Notes: generated by a model not told the origin, from the sequence alone. DNA of 64,000 bases from Dehalococcoidia bacterium (GCA_965197585.1 OZ240215.1:32001-96000); one strand, 5' to 3'. Counted from the stretch's first letter, positions 19,966 to 30,109 are shown. Translations and numbers: made by a program.

Positions 19966-21159
19966 ATGAAATGGGCTTCAGCCATATCAGAGCAGCATAC
20001 CTTGAAGGCCGCGGTGCAGGAGGCGGCCGAGCGCGTTAAGGCGGACCTCGGCGGGGGTACGCCTGACCTCCTTATGGTCTTCGTATCCAACACACACCGC
20101 GCTGAATACGACCAAGTCCCGGACATAATTTCCGAAATCAGCCCCGTCGAGAACCTGATCGGCTGCTCGGGCGGAGGCGTCATCGGGGAGGGTAAGGAGG
20201 TCGAGAACCGGCCGGCGGTCTCCATCACCGGCGCTATCCTCCCGGATGTTCACCTGAACTTCTTCCACGTTGATGATGCCGACTTGCCGACACCCGATGA
20301 TGGACCCGCGTCTTGGGAGCAAATTGTAGGCGTCAATGCCGACCAAAAGCCTCACTTCGTAGTCCTGCCGGACCCGTTCACCATCCACGCCGATAGCCTG
20401 GTCGCCGGACTGGACTTTGCGTTCAATGAAGGTGTGAAGATTGGTGGGTTGGCCAGCGGGGGAATGAGCGCCGGGGCCAATGCCCTCTTCCTTGGCAAGG
20501 ACGTCTATCACTCGGGAGCGGTGGGGATGGCGATGTACGGGAACGTGAAGGTGGACACGATTGTCGCGCAGGGGTGCCGACCCATCGGGCAGTCGGGCGT
20601 GATTACCAAGTGCCAGGGGAACCTGCTGGTGGAGTTGGACGGACAGAGCCCGATGGAAGCCCTTCGCAAGGTCTTCAATGAGTCGGACAGCCACGACAGG
20701 AGACTCATAAATTCAGCGCTGCACCTGGGCGTCGTGATGGACCCCCTCAAAGACCAGTTCAGGCCCGGCGATTTCCTGATCCGCAACGTGATGGGCCTCC
20801 ACCAGGAAACCGGGGCCCTGGTCATAGGGGAAATGCTGAGCGAAGGTCAGGTCGTGCAGTTCCACGTTCGGGACGCCGAGACGGCCAGGCAGGACCTGGA
20901 GGCCGTGATGGACCGCTACGTGGAGGACAACGACTATTCAGGCACGTCCGGGGCGCTGCTCTTCTCCTGCCTCGGCAGAGGCGAGCACCTCTTCGGGCGT
21001 CCCAACCATGACAGCGACATTTTCCTGAATCGCATTTCCCGTGCGCCGCTGGCCGGGTTCTTCTGCAACGGAGAGATCGGGCAGGTGGGCGGATCGACCT
21101 TCCTGCACGGTTTCACAAGCTCCTTTGCGATGTTCAGCGAAGGGCCGGGTACCGGGTGA
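19966..21159 (+). CDS. FIST N/C domain protein
   Basis: LIGCSGGGVIG, GGLASG, AQGCRPIG, FSCLGRG, GFFCNGEIG. Confidence 0.92.
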   Translation: MKWASAISEQHTLKAAVQEAAERVKADLGGGTPDLLMVFVSNTHRAEYDQVPDIISEISPVENLIGCSGGGVIGEGKEVENRPAVSITGAILPDVHLNFFHVDDADLPTPDDGPASWEQIVGVNADQKPHFVVLPDPFTIHADSLVAGLDFAFNEGVKIGGLASGGMSAGANALFLGKDVYHSGAVGMAMYGNVKVDTIVAQGCRPIGQSGVITKCQGNLLVELDGQSPMEALRKVFNESDSHDRRLINSALHLGVVMDPLKDQFRPGDFLIRNVMGLHQETGALVIGEMLSEGQVVQFHVRDAETARQDLEAVMDRYVEDNDYSGTSGALLFSCLGRGEHLFGRPNHDSDIFLNRISRAPLAGFFCNGEIGQVGGSTFLHGFTSSFAMFSEGPGTG

Positions 21160-21230
21160 CGGGTCCCGCAATCTGATATATTGCTTCTGAGGCCGTTTCA
21201 CCGACCCTTATAAGCGAAAGAGGTGGGTAT

Positions 21231-21881
21231 ATGGCAATGGCACAAGCCCAGGATATGGCAGGGGAACCCTCGGCCCCGATAGTAGTCAGCGTACAACACC
21301 CCGAGAAGCTGTCCCGGCTGCACCTTCTACTGAAGACGTTCTTTGGCTTTATTTACGTGGGCATCCCTCATGGGATCATCTTGTGGGCCTTGAGCATCGC
21401 GGCCTGGGTGGTCTCCCTGGCTGCCTTCGTGGTTATCCTATTCACGGGTCGATACCCGAAGAGCCTATTCGACTTCGCCGTCGCGTATCAACGGTGGAAC
21501 CTGAGGGTTCTGGCGTACGCAGGCCCTTTCTTGGGCAACTTCATGGTGGACAAGTACCCGCCCTTCTCCTTCGAGGAGGACCCCGACGACCCGGTGATCC
21601 TCAGGGTGGAGTACCCGGAGACCCTGTCCAGGCCCCACGCCGTACTCAAGCTGCTGTTGGGCTGGCTCTATGTGGGCATACCCCACGGGTTCATCCTCCT
21701 CTTCTACGGCATCGCGTTGATGATTGCCCTTTTCTTTGTGTGGTTCATAATACTGTTCACCGGCAAGTTCCCCGAGGCGGTTTTCAGGTTCGCGGAGGGG
21801 TACATGCGCTGGGGCACGAGAGTGAACCTCTACCTGGCCTTCGCCACGGACAAATACCCCAAGTTCAGCCCCAGCCCCTAG
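21231..21881 (+). CDS. DUF4389 membrane protein (two tandem repeats)
   Basis: Repeated LSR...IPH...ILFTG(R/K)(Y/F)P...RW..RV..Y...DKYP motif. Confidence 0.85.
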   Translation: MAMAQAQDMAGEPSAPIVVSVQHPEKLSRLHLLLKTFFGFIYVGIPHGIILWALSIAAWVVSLAAFVVILFTGRYPKSLFDFAVAYQRWNLRVLAYAGPFLGNFMVDKYPPFSFEEDPDDPVILRVEYPETLSRPHAVLKLLLGWLYVGIPHGFILLFYGIALMIALFFVWFIILFTGKFPEAVFRFAEGYMRWGTRVNLYLAFATDKYPKFSPSP

Positions 21882-21909
21882 ACCCTAGTCAAGAAACAGA
21901 TGGTAAAGA

Positions 21910-21938
21910 AAAGCGTCGGCGCACCGCGCCGACGCTTT
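21910..21938. terminator. Intrinsic, probably bidirectional terminator
   Basis: 13-bp inverted repeat AAAGCGTCGGCGC-ACC-GCGCCGACGCTTT between convergent genes. Confidence 0.7.
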
Positions 21939-21959
21939 ACATTCCCCAGTTACCCGGCC

Positions 21960-23174
21960 CTAGATCACCACGCCCGCCTCTTTGAACCCGACAATCTCCT
22001 CCCAGGTGTACCCCAGTTCCAGCAGCACGTTCCTGGTGGACCCGCCGAACTCAGGAGCCGAGACCTTTGAAGCAAAGCTCTCGTTGCCGATGCGGAATGG
22101 GGAGGCCAGCTCTTTGAGGGAACCGTGCTGCGGATGTTCCACCTCTACAATCGAGCCCGTAGCCTCCAGTTGAGGACTCAGCCCAACTTCATCGACGCTG
22201 GAAATAGGCTCCCACGGCAAGCCCGCTTCGTCCAGCCGTGCAGCCCAGTAGTCCCGAGGCTGTGTTTGGAAGTGCGCCTCCAGGATGGCCGTGAGCTCCT
22301 CGCTGTGAACCGCCCTGTCTTGGAGCGACCCATATTTAGGCTCTTCCGCTAGGTCGGGCCTTGCAATGGCTGCACAGAAGGGGAGCCACGCTCGGTCGCT
22401 CTGGAGCAGGCACAGTTGGGCCCATTTGCCGTCGCCGCACTGGTAGTACTTGACCAGTGGGTTGATGCTAATGAATTCGGCAAGGGACTTAAGAGGCCTG
22501 CCGGAGATCAGCGTAGACCAGATTGATTCGGCGCTGCCCCAGATGCCAGCGTTGTATAGGGAGGTATCAACCACGGCGCCTTTGCCCGTCCGCTCCCGCG
22601 TATAAAGCGCCATCATTATGGCCCCGAAAAGGAAAGTTCCGGTGTTTACGTCTCCTAGCGAACACGGTAGGTCGACAGGCGGCCCGTCCACCGGACTGAT
22701 CGCCGACATCAAGCCGGAACGCGCCCAATAGCTCAGCATGTCGTAACCGGGACGGTCTTTGTCAGGCCCATCTATTCCATAGGCGGTGAGCCTCCCGTAA
22801 ACGAGGGCAGGATTGATCGCACTTAAACTCTCATAGTCGATACCAAGCGCCGCCGCCGTCCCAACCCGCAAGTTGGTAACCATTACGTCCGAGTACTTGA
22901 TAAGCCTTGCGAATATCTCCTTCCCCTTTTCGGAACCGAGATTCAGCGCCAGGCTGCGCTTACCTCGGTTGATCTGCTCGAAGACGTAGTTGACCAGGTC
23001 GGGCGTAGGGTCGATGTTGGGTATCCAGCCCCTTGTCGGGTCGCCACCCGACTTCAGATGTTCAACCTTGATTACCTCGGCCCCGTAATCGGCCAGCATA
23101 ACGCCGCAGGTCGGGCCCGACACCCAGTTGGATACCTCTACGACTTTGACACCCTCTAACGGCTTGAGACTCAA
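21960..23174 (-). CDS. CaiB/BaiF class III CoA-transferase
   Basis: PLEGVKVVE, LADYGAEVIKVE, NRGKRSLALNL, PGYD, APEFGG. Confidence 0.93.
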   Translation of the reverse strand: MSLKPLEGVKVVEVSNWVSGPTCGVMLADYGAEVIKVEHLKSGGDPTRGWIPNIDPTPDLVNYVFEQINRGKRSLALNLGSEKGKEIFARLIKYSDVMVTNLRVGTAAALGIDYESLSAINPALVYGRLTAYGIDGPDKDRPGYDMLSYWARSGLMSAISPVDGPPVDLPCSLGDVNTGTFLFGAIMMALYTRERTGKGAVVDTSLYNAGIWGSAESIWSTLISGRPLKSLAEFISINPLVKYYQCGDGKWAQLCLLQSDRAWLPFCAAIARPDLAEEPKYGSLQDRAVHSEELTAILEAHFQTQPRDYWAARLDEAGLPWEPISSVDEVGLSPQLEATGSIVEVEHPQHGSLKELASPFRIGNESFASKVSAPEFGGSTRNVLLELGYTWEEIVGFKEAGVVI

Positions 23175-23303
23175 GACTTAAACCTCCTATAGGAGACCTT
23201 TGCAAATCTTTGACGAAGAAGGGCTGAAGGCGAGGGTCAGCCCCTCTCCCTCGACGAGACCTTGTCGTAACCTTAGCGGAGAGGGCAAGCCGTGGTGTCC
23301 TAC

Positions 23304-23344
23304 CCCCTCTCCCTCGATGGGAGAGGGTTGGGGTGAGGGTGAAA
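23304..23344. repeat. REP-like palindromic intergenic repeat, copy 1
   Basis: CCCCTCTCCCTCGATGGGAGAGGGTTGGGGTGAGGGTGAAA matches 34485-34525 at 38 of 41 nt; a partial copy starts at 23241. Confidence 0.75.
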
Positions 23345-23449
23345 CGCATACCCGCAATGCACCTATGTACAGACCTCCCCACCTAATTCCAGCCAACCCG
23401 TCATTCCGAGGCTCCGCGAGGAATCTGGGGCGGGGTTTCGGCATCCACC

Positions 23450-24787
23450 CTACATCATCCCCATTTTGCGTACATCTTTTAGCGACTCCTTCATCGCATC
23501 CACTATCGTGTCCACGTCCTCATCACTGTGCGCTGTAGACGTGAATCCCAAGTGTATCCCCGGCACGATAACCCCGCGGTCTAGCAGATGGAGGTAGAAC
23601 TGTATCTCCGCGTCATGCAGTGATGAATCGATGTCCCGAGAGCTGTTTATCGGGGCACGCTGGAAGCGCAAGTAGAACAACGACTGGGCGCTCATCATCT
23701 GGACGGGCAGCTCCTCGGCCATGCAGAAGGAGTTGATCTCCTCTGAGAGCCGAGCCCCGCGCTCCTCAAGCTGTGAATACAGCTCCGGGTGATTCTTCAG
23801 GTGGTTAACCGCCGCGTGACCTGCGATCATGCTGATGGGGTTGCCGCTGAACGTCCCTCCGGAGAAGATCCGCCGAGGCCCGGACTTGTCCCCTTCCCGG
23901 GACCCCGAGAACACCCCCATGATGTCTTCCGACCCTGCCAATGCCCCGATCGGCGTCCCACCCCCGATTATCTTTCCGTAGGCCGCCAGGTCCGGCACGA
24001 CGTCGAAATACTCCTGAGCGCCTCCGTACCCAAGCCTGAATCCGGTAATGACCTCATCAATGAGGAACAGGACTTCGCATTCGCGGCAGACCTGCTGCAA
24101 TTGCCTGAGGAAGTCTCCGTGGTCCAGCCTCGGGTTGGAGCTTTGCACCCCTTCGATCATTACGACTGCAAGCTCGTCCTTGTGCTCACGGATAATCTCG
24201 AATGCCTCATCCTCCCGGTAGGGAAGCAGGATGACGTTCTCCGTGGTCTGTAGAGTTATTCCCCCGCCCAACCCCCGGGCTATGGGCCGATTGCGAGGGC
24301 TTTCACGCCGGGCCCCGGCCAGTACCTGGTCATGCGCACCGTGATAGCCGCCGTCGAACATGCCAATCTTGTTCTTGCCTGTATAGGATCTCGCGACGCG
24401 GACGCCGTACATGGTGGCCTCAGTGCCGGAGTTTGCGAAGACGACCTTGTCGGCGCAGGGCGCACCCTCTACCATTAGTGCTGCCAGTGGCTCCTGGTAC
24501 GGGTTGTGAAGCCCGAACTGCAGCCCCCGAGACACGGCCTCGGTCACCGCTTCCACTACGACGTCGGGGGCGTGGCCCAGGATGTGAGGCCCGAACCCCA
24601 TCGTCATGTCGATATACTCGTTACCGTCTACGTCGGTGATCCGGGATCCCTTTGCCTCCTTGATATAAAGGGGATAGGGCATGTCGACGGTTCCCACCAC
24701 CTCCTGCGCCACGACCTCCCGGGTGCGCTTGAACACCTCCTGGGATTTACGCGTCCTGCTCTCCAACCGCTCGAGTACGCTCACCAT
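23450..24787 (-). CDS. Class III PLP aminotransferase (GSA aminomutase-like)
   Basis: DVDGNEYID, NSGTEAT, GGYHG, DEVITGFR, YGKIIGGG, GTFSGNP. Confidence 0.9.
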   Translation of the reverse strand: MVSVLERLESRTRKSQEVFKRTREVVAQEVVGTVDMPYPLYIKEAKGSRITDVDGNEYIDMTMGFGPHILGHAPDVVVEAVTEAVSRGLQFGLHNPYQEPLAALMVEGAPCADKVVFANSGTEATMYGVRVARSYTGKNKIGMFDGGYHGAHDQVLAGARRESPRNRPIARGLGGGITLQTTENVILLPYREDEAFEIIREHKDELAVVMIEGVQSSNPRLDHGDFLRQLQQVCRECEVLFLIDEVITGFRLGYGGAQEYFDVVPDLAAYGKIIGGGTPIGALAGSEDIMGVFSGSREGDKSGPRRIFSGGTFSGNPISMIAGHAAVNHLKNHPELYSQLEERGARLSEEINSFCMAEELPVQMMSAQSLFYLRFQRAPINSSRDIDSSLHDAEIQFYLHLLDRGVIVPGIHLGFTSTAHSDEDVDTIVDAMKESLKDVRKMGMM

Positions 24788-25020
24788 GGACTGCCTCCCA
24801 TATCCCGAAACTGCGTGACCTTAACCCCGGCCCCGATTGCCCAATGGTATGGCGCGGCGCATGACTAGTCAACGAAATGTCCATCACTGATGCCCTGCTC
24901 TTTAGGACTGTCAGACAATAACTGGACTAATTCCTCTACTGTGACTATGTTGTGGCGTGATGATACTGTGGCACTGTCTGGTCGGCGGTGTTTCAATGAT
25001 TTCGGGGAGGTTTGTCTAAC

Positions 25021-26079
25021 ATGTTCAACATAGCGCTGTCCTGGCCCGTTAACCAAGACGAACTGCGAAAACTCCAGGGTTATGTTTCCGATGTTTGCCG
25101 GATACTTTCGCCCAGGTCCTACCATATCCAGGACCTGCTGACCGTGGCCCCCGACGCCCATGCCATCGTAGGCGGATACATACCGGAGCAGATGATCGAA
25201 CGAGCCCCTAATGTGCAGCTGGTACAGGTACTCCACTCCGGCGTAACCCACCGCTCGATAGTCGGTGCGGACCTCGGTTTCTCATTCAACACCCTGAGAG
25301 TACGGAACATATTGCTCGGCAACATAGCCGGGGCCAACGCTGTCGCCGTGGCGGAGATGGCTTTCGCACAGACAATGGCCCTGGCCAAGCGGGTCCTCCC
25401 CGCCCACCGAGCCATAGCCCAAGGCTCCTGGTACCCCTACACCCGAGATACCATGGGCTGCGAGCTGGCTGGCAAGACTATGGGAATCGTTGGCCTGGGC
25501 GCTATCGGGGTGGAACTCGCGAAGAGGGCCGGCGCCTTCGGGATGCGGATTCTGGCTACCAAGCGGACCCCGGCCCCCGACCTCGTTGAAGAGTTGGGGC
25601 TCGACTTCCTGGGCGGCCCCGAAGACCTCTCCCGCGTCCTGGAAGAATCGGACTTCGTCGAGCTTTGCATCCCTTGGATGCCCACCACAGACAAGCTCAT
25701 CGGCGATGCCGCCCTGAAATCCATGAAACCAACGGCTTATCTCGTCAACATCGCCCGGGCCCGCATCGTCGACGAAGAGGCCCTCTACAGGGCCCTGACC
25801 GAGAACTGGATCGCAGGCTTCGGAACAGACGTGTGGTGGGACTACGATATGATGCCCGGCCCCTCGGATGCCGTACCTTTCATCCATTGGGGTGTTGCAA
25901 ATCCCATTGTCTCCCGCATGGGCATCCACAAGCTGGACAACGTTGTCATGACCGGTGACCGTGCCGCCTACAACCCCGAGACCCTTGAAAACTTCCTCAA
26001 AGTGGGTATGGAGAACGTAGACATGCTCGCCCGAGGCCAAACACCCCTCCACCTCGTCGACCTCGGGACTCAGGGGTGA
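25021..26079 (+). CDS. D-2-hydroxyacid dehydrogenase family protein
   Basis: AVAEMA, GIVGLGAIG, LVNIARARIVDEEAL, DVW; the usual catalytic TPH His is replaced (MTGDRA). Confidence 0.85.
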   Translation: MFNIALSWPVNQDELRKLQGYVSDVCRILSPRSYHIQDLLTVAPDAHAIVGGYIPEQMIERAPNVQLVQVLHSGVTHRSIVGADLGFSFNTLRVRNILLGNIAGANAVAVAEMAFAQTMALAKRVLPAHRAIAQGSWYPYTRDTMGCELAGKTMGIVGLGAIGVELAKRAGAFGMRILATKRTPAPDLVEELGLDFLGGPEDLSRVLEESDFVELCIPWMPTTDKLIGDAALKSMKPTAYLVNIARARIVDEEALYRALTENWIAGFGTDVWWDYDMMPGPSDAVPFIHWGVANPIVSRMGIHKLDNVVMTGDRAAYNPETLENFLKVGMENVDMLARGQTPLHLVDLGTQG

Positions 26080-26101
26080 ATGGCGCCAGCAGGTTTAACC
26101 C

Positions 26102-28357
26102 CTAAGGCACAGCCTCCTCCGAAGAAAACCGCTTCAGCACGTTACCCGTGACCCGAGAAACCGTGTTGTCGTATTCGTTGTAAGAGAGGCTTCCGCACCA
26201 GCTGATCGAGCCCACGGAGAACACCGCGCCGTTCCTCGGATAGCGCAGGTACACCATGTCCGCCTTCACCAGCGGGTTTGTGGTCCCGCCCTGCTTTGAG
26301 GTTGATTGATCGACCTCCTCCACGACATGCTGGTAGGAGTCGGAGAAGCCCGTGGCTGTGGCAAGGTGGATGGTGTGGGGCGGCGTCCCGAACCGGGGCT
26401 CCATCCTGTCGAGCTCAAAACCCGCGGCCCCATAGTCCATCACGAGAGATGGGAAGTCCCCGATAAGCTCGTCATCCCCGACGCCCTCGAATATAAAGGC
26501 GGTCCGCGGGTCCCGGCTGCCGGGTTCCCGGCGGTACGGCGCGTTGACGTCGTTGCCCTGGGAGGTGAACCCGATGCCGAGCATCCGCTGGGGCGCGCGG
26601 CCCCTGTCCCGCCAGATGCCCCCGGGCTCACCCGTAAAGCTGATACGTGCCTCGCCCGCGTCGGCTCGCCAGGTCTGGGTGCCGCCCCAGCGCCGGATCT
26701 CGATCGTGTGCCCCGACTCTGGGTCGAGAGCCGTCACCCAGTAAAAGCCGTTGCCGCCCAGGTACATGAGCCTGCCGCCGTCCCGCAGGTAGGTCTCCAT
26801 CGCGTCGAGCATGGCGGCGGACCAGTACTCGGGGTGTGAGCCGGTGACTATCACCTTATAGGACTTCAGAAGGGCGAGCCCATCCTTGTGCAGGTCGTGG
26901 TCGGTTATGACATCGTAGGGGTGCTCCTCGGCTTCCAGCCAGTCGACGAGATGGAGGTCGGCGCTGAGCTGATGTGGGCTGCCTTTGCCGGAGGCCAGCC
27001 CGACCGAATAGTACCCGGGACGCATGTTGACTATTGGCCTGAGCCACGACGAATGGCAACCCCCCGAGCCGTCGGTGTGAGAGTTGTAGAGGCTGACCAG
27101 CCCGTTATCGACGATGTAGTGGTCTTCCGGTTTGACCGGATACTTGAAGCCGGGAACGAAATAGTCGGAGAAGTTGCCGGCGGTATCCTCGGTATGCTGG
27201 CCGTTGCCGTAGGCCATGTAGCTGAAGGTGGGTACGAGGAAGGCGGTGGGGGCGGTGGGAGCGCCGGTCTCGGGGCGGACGAAGAATGGTACGTGGTCGA
27301 CAGCGTCCCCGGCCTGGAGCCGAGCAGCGTAGACCCCGCTCTTCATCCCCTCTGGTACGGTGAACTCGAAATCCACGTCCCAACCGGCGTTGTCCAGATC
27401 GTCGTCGTGGAAGTGGATCGCGCCGTATTCCTCGGGACGCAGAGGAAAGGCGTTGTCCCGACCCGTCCAGTTGTGGCCGGTCATGCCCCTGGCCGGTCTA
27501 TTGACCGTGCGGCCATGAAGCGCATGCACCGAGTTATCCGTGGCCCGAGTCGAGCCGATGTCCTTCGAAAAGTCCCAATCCCCGATCAGGCTCCCCCCGA
27601 AGGACGAGGGTTGCGCCCCCCGCTTGAGCGATGATAAATCGGCGGCGTACAAGCCGGAATCGAAGAGCCTCGGGCCGTCGATCTTGCCATTGTAATAACC
27701 AGCTATTTGCAGTTTGCCATCGACGGTCCCGTTGGAATAGGCGGCCATGATCAGAGGGGCGTTGGTCGGCCCGGGCCCCGAGGCCACACTTATCCAACGG
27801 GTGACGTTATGCAGGCCTTGGTCGGGCCAGGGAGGGACGGGTTCCTGGGATAGGACTACCGTCTTGGAGTCCGCGTCGAAACTGGCCGCCACGAAATACC
27901 ATACCCAGCGATGGAGGGGAACTTCGGAGCTCACCTCGACAATCGAGCCCTCCCCATCCCCGAGCTTGAAACTTAAACAACCTTCTTCGTCGATGAAGAG
28001 CCCGTACCCCCGTGACTCGGCCCCCGACCACTTGGTCACGATGCCCTGCAATCCCTTGTCGGGGGTGGTGGGCCAAATCCAGGCCTGAATGCACACCGAC
28101 TTTGGATTGCGTATCAGGGGATTGTCGGGAACAACGACGTAGGAGCCCTTCGTTATTACCTGCTCCCGACCCTCGTATTCCCTGTTCACATCTGCCTCGA
28201 ATACCTCTTCCCTGAGCCCCGGCCCGGTGGGGTTGGGGTCCCCATGTATCAGCCTGACAATATCCGCCCGGTACGTCCCCCTCCGAGAGCTCACCATGAA
28301 CTTCACGGTCTCCCCAACCTTCACACTCGGCCTATCCGTATAACCAACTACGTCCAT
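26102..28357 (-). CDS. N,N-dimethylformamidase beta subunit family protein
   Basis: GYTDRPSV, LamG-like domain, IHFHDDDL, PTFSYMAYGN, TGSHPEYWS, YLGGNGFYW, GAVFSVGSISW. Confidence 0.9.
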   Translation of the reverse strand: MDVVGYTDRPSVKVGETVKFMVSSRRGTYRADIVRLIHGDPNPTGPGLREEVFEADVNREYEGREQVITKGSYVVVPDNPLIRNPKSVCIQAWIWPTTPDKGLQGIVTKWSGAESRGYGLFIDEEGCLSFKLGDGEGSIVEVSSEVPLHRWVWYFVAASFDADSKTVVLSQEPVPPWPDQGLHNVTRWISVASGPGPTNAPLIMAAYSNGTVDGKLQIAGYYNGKIDGPRLFDSGLYAADLSSLKRGAQPSSFGGSLIGDWDFSKDIGSTRATDNSVHALHGRTVNRPARGMTGHNWTGRDNAFPLRPEEYGAIHFHDDDLDNAGWDVDFEFTVPEGMKSGVYAARLQAGDAVDHVPFFVRPETGAPTAPTAFLVPTFSYMAYGNGQHTEDTAGNFSDYFVPGFKYPVKPEDHYIVDNGLVSLYNSHTDGSGGCHSSWLRPIVNMRPGYYSVGLASGKGSPHQLSADLHLVDWLEAEEHPYDVITDHDLHKDGLALLKSYKVIVTGSHPEYWSAAMLDAMETYLRDGGRLMYLGGNGFYWVTALDPESGHTIEIRRWGGTQTWRADAGEARISFTGEPGGIWRDRGRAPQRMLGIGFTSQGNDVNAPYRREPGSRDPRTAFIFEGVGDDELIGDFPSLVMDYGAAGFELDRMEPRFGTPPHTIHLATATGFSDSYQHVVEEVDQSTSKQGGTTNPLVKADMVYLRYPRNGAVFSVGSISWCGSLSYNEYDNTVSRVTGNVLKRFSSEEAVP

Positions 28358-28388
28358 GTTATTACCCCCGCCGGACTGATGAGCCTGT

Positions 28389-28886
28389 TTACCCGAGGGC
28401 TATCGCTTCTTTAGTCTTCGACGTTTGTTTCGACGAGGGGAGGGAGGGTGGCCACGGGGTTTCCTCTACGACTAGATTGCGGCCAAGGAGACGCAGTGCT
28501 CTCTCTATAGTGCTAAGGTGGGAGTACGTGTCGGGGTTGCAGAGCTTTTGGACTGCAGGCGTAGTCAACCCCATTTTCTCGGCAAGATTCTCGATAGTAA
28601 CGCCTTGCCTTCTCATGGCTGTGTTCAAAGCTACTTTGGCAGCGGCGATGGGAGGAAGTGGAATCGGGACCTGCCCGTCGGCAATGGGGCTGGGCAGAGG
28701 AATGTCCTCCTGCTGACGATAGTAGGCGCCTAGTGCGGCAACCAGGGCATCCTCGGCATTGCCCAAGGCCTCTTCCCACGACCATCCTCCCGTCGAGGCC
28801 CCGTATACATCGGGGAATGTGACCACGTAGGCTTCCCAGTCCGCCTCCTCATCAAGGACTATGTTGCAGGGATAGACATACTTCAC
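28389..28886 (-). CDS. hicB: HicB antitoxin with C-terminal HTH
   Basis: YVVTFPDV...EEALGNAEDAL...IPLPS plus HTH region; downstream of hicA. Confidence 0.85.
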   Translation of the reverse strand: MKYVYPCNIVLDEEADWEAYVVTFPDVYGASTGGWSWEEALGNAEDALVAALGAYYRQQEDIPLPSPIADGQVPIPLPPIAAAKVALNTAMRRQGVTIENLAEKMGLTTPAVQKLCNPDTYSHLSTIERALRLLGRNLVVEETPWPPSLPSSKQTSKTKEAIALG

Positions 28887-28888
28887 AA

Positions 28889-29095
28889 TTAGAAGTCCTC
28901 TCGCCTGATTCTCAGGTCCCTCAGCATGGAAAGGAAAGTCCCAGGGCCGATCTCGCCGTATTGTACCGGCGTTCTGCGCGCTCCGATATAGATGAGTTGG
29001 TGGCTCCCCTTCCCTCGACGGCTATCGAGATAAAAGTCCAAGCCATTCCTCCGGGCATACCGTCTCGCGCGCCTCACAAACTCCCTGCCGTTCAC
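28889..29095 (-). CDS. hicA: HicA mRNA interferase toxin
   Basis: 68 aa basic protein with GKGSH and EIGPGTF..ML..L motifs. Confidence 0.85.
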   Translation of the reverse strand: MNGREFVRRARRYARRNGLDFYLDSRRGKGSHQLIYIGARRTPVQYGEIGPGTFLSMLRDLRIRREDF

Positions 29096-29300
29096 TCACC
29101 TATGTTCGCACGCGATACGGCTATTATAAAGCCCTGTAGCTGGAGTGTGTGCCGTTCACCCATCTCGGCATCCGGCATTGTCACGGTAGTTGATTCGTCT
29201 TGAAGTTACATGAATAACCTGAGTTAGTAACCGCTGCAGGGTCAGGTAGACATTGCAGCACTTGGGGCGGCATTGTCGATCGTGTTTCAACTCCCACCCC

Positions 29301-29454
29301 TTGACAGACTTGTGATTCTAAATTAGCGTAGTAATTGAACGGCTCCTCCTTAGCGCTCCTGAGGACACCCTTGGTTCATCTCCAAGCTTCTCCCAGCGGC
29401 ATTGAGGACACCCCGTTGCAACGGCCCCCAGAGGATGACTGGGGGCCGTTTTTT
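29301..29454 (+). ncRNA. Candidate small RNA (promoter, about 120-nt transcript, terminator)
   Basis: TTGACA(29301)-17 nt-TAGCGT(29324); perfect 12-bp hairpin 29420-29450 followed by a T-tract; no credible ORF in between. Confidence 0.5.
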
Positions 29455-29536
29455 GCACCTTGTATCACCTGTGGCTTGAAGAGGAGGGGAGTAGACGTAG
29501 GTAGATGTTTCAGTCAGTTTGGTTGGCAAATGGTTG

Positions 29537-30109
29537 TTAAGATGGGTCCCATTCCTCTACCTCTGAGTCGGAAAAGGCTTTGAAGAAAACTACTCTTTTG
29601 CCTCTCACGGTCTGTGTTGCAGAACGCCAATCCACCTCGATGTCAGGTCGCTGCCCGTCTCCCATTGATCTCTGCACATTCACACCCGATATGCGATCCT
29701 TCCAAGAGTTGCCGCTGTGGCAAAAGCCCACTCTCCCCGACCACCTACCAAGTTCGGCATAAGACCACATATTGCCGTCATAGAGAAAGCCGAGAACACT
29801 GGTTTGATATCCTCTTTGGTTCTTTATGTTCCTTGGAGATTCAGGAATCAAGAGAACCTCAAATGAGGAGTCTCTCACCGCATCTTCATATTTCGTTAAC
29901 TCAGAGAAATCCTGAACCTCTTCCCATTGCAATGACCCTTTACACTCAACGTAGACAGAGGTCTCCCCTTTCAGAAGAAAGTCTGGCAGCCATCCTCCCA
30001 AGGGATGTCTCGGTCTTTCCCATCTCCACCCATATCTTTCAAAAAGGGCCGAGCAGGTAGCTTCATGTTCACTGTCGAACTCATTGTTGTTGAAAGTCGT
30101 TTTTGGCAT
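29537..30109 (-). CDS. PD-(D/E)xK nuclease-like protein
   Basis: FDSEHEA...WLPDFLL...YVECKG motif; lower GC than the flanks. Confidence 0.7.
   Translation of the reverse strand: MPKTTFNNNEFDSEHEATCSALFERYGWRWERPRHPLGGWLPDFLLKGETSVYVECKGSLQWEEVQDFSELTKYEDAVRDSSFEVLLIPESPRNIKNQRGYQTSVLGFLYDGNMWSYAELGRWSGRVGFCHSGNSWKDRISGVNVQRSMGDGQRPDIEVDWRSATQTVRGKRVVFFKAFSDSEVEEWDPS

Noticed and set aside
23450-24787. Naming this gene hemL
   Set aside because: It lacks the typical PGGVNSPVR N-terminal motif and has no tetrapyrrole context.
29335-29583. 82-aa plus-strand ORF over the candidate sRNA
   Set aside because: TTG start at the predicted TSS, and the frame runs through a strong terminator.
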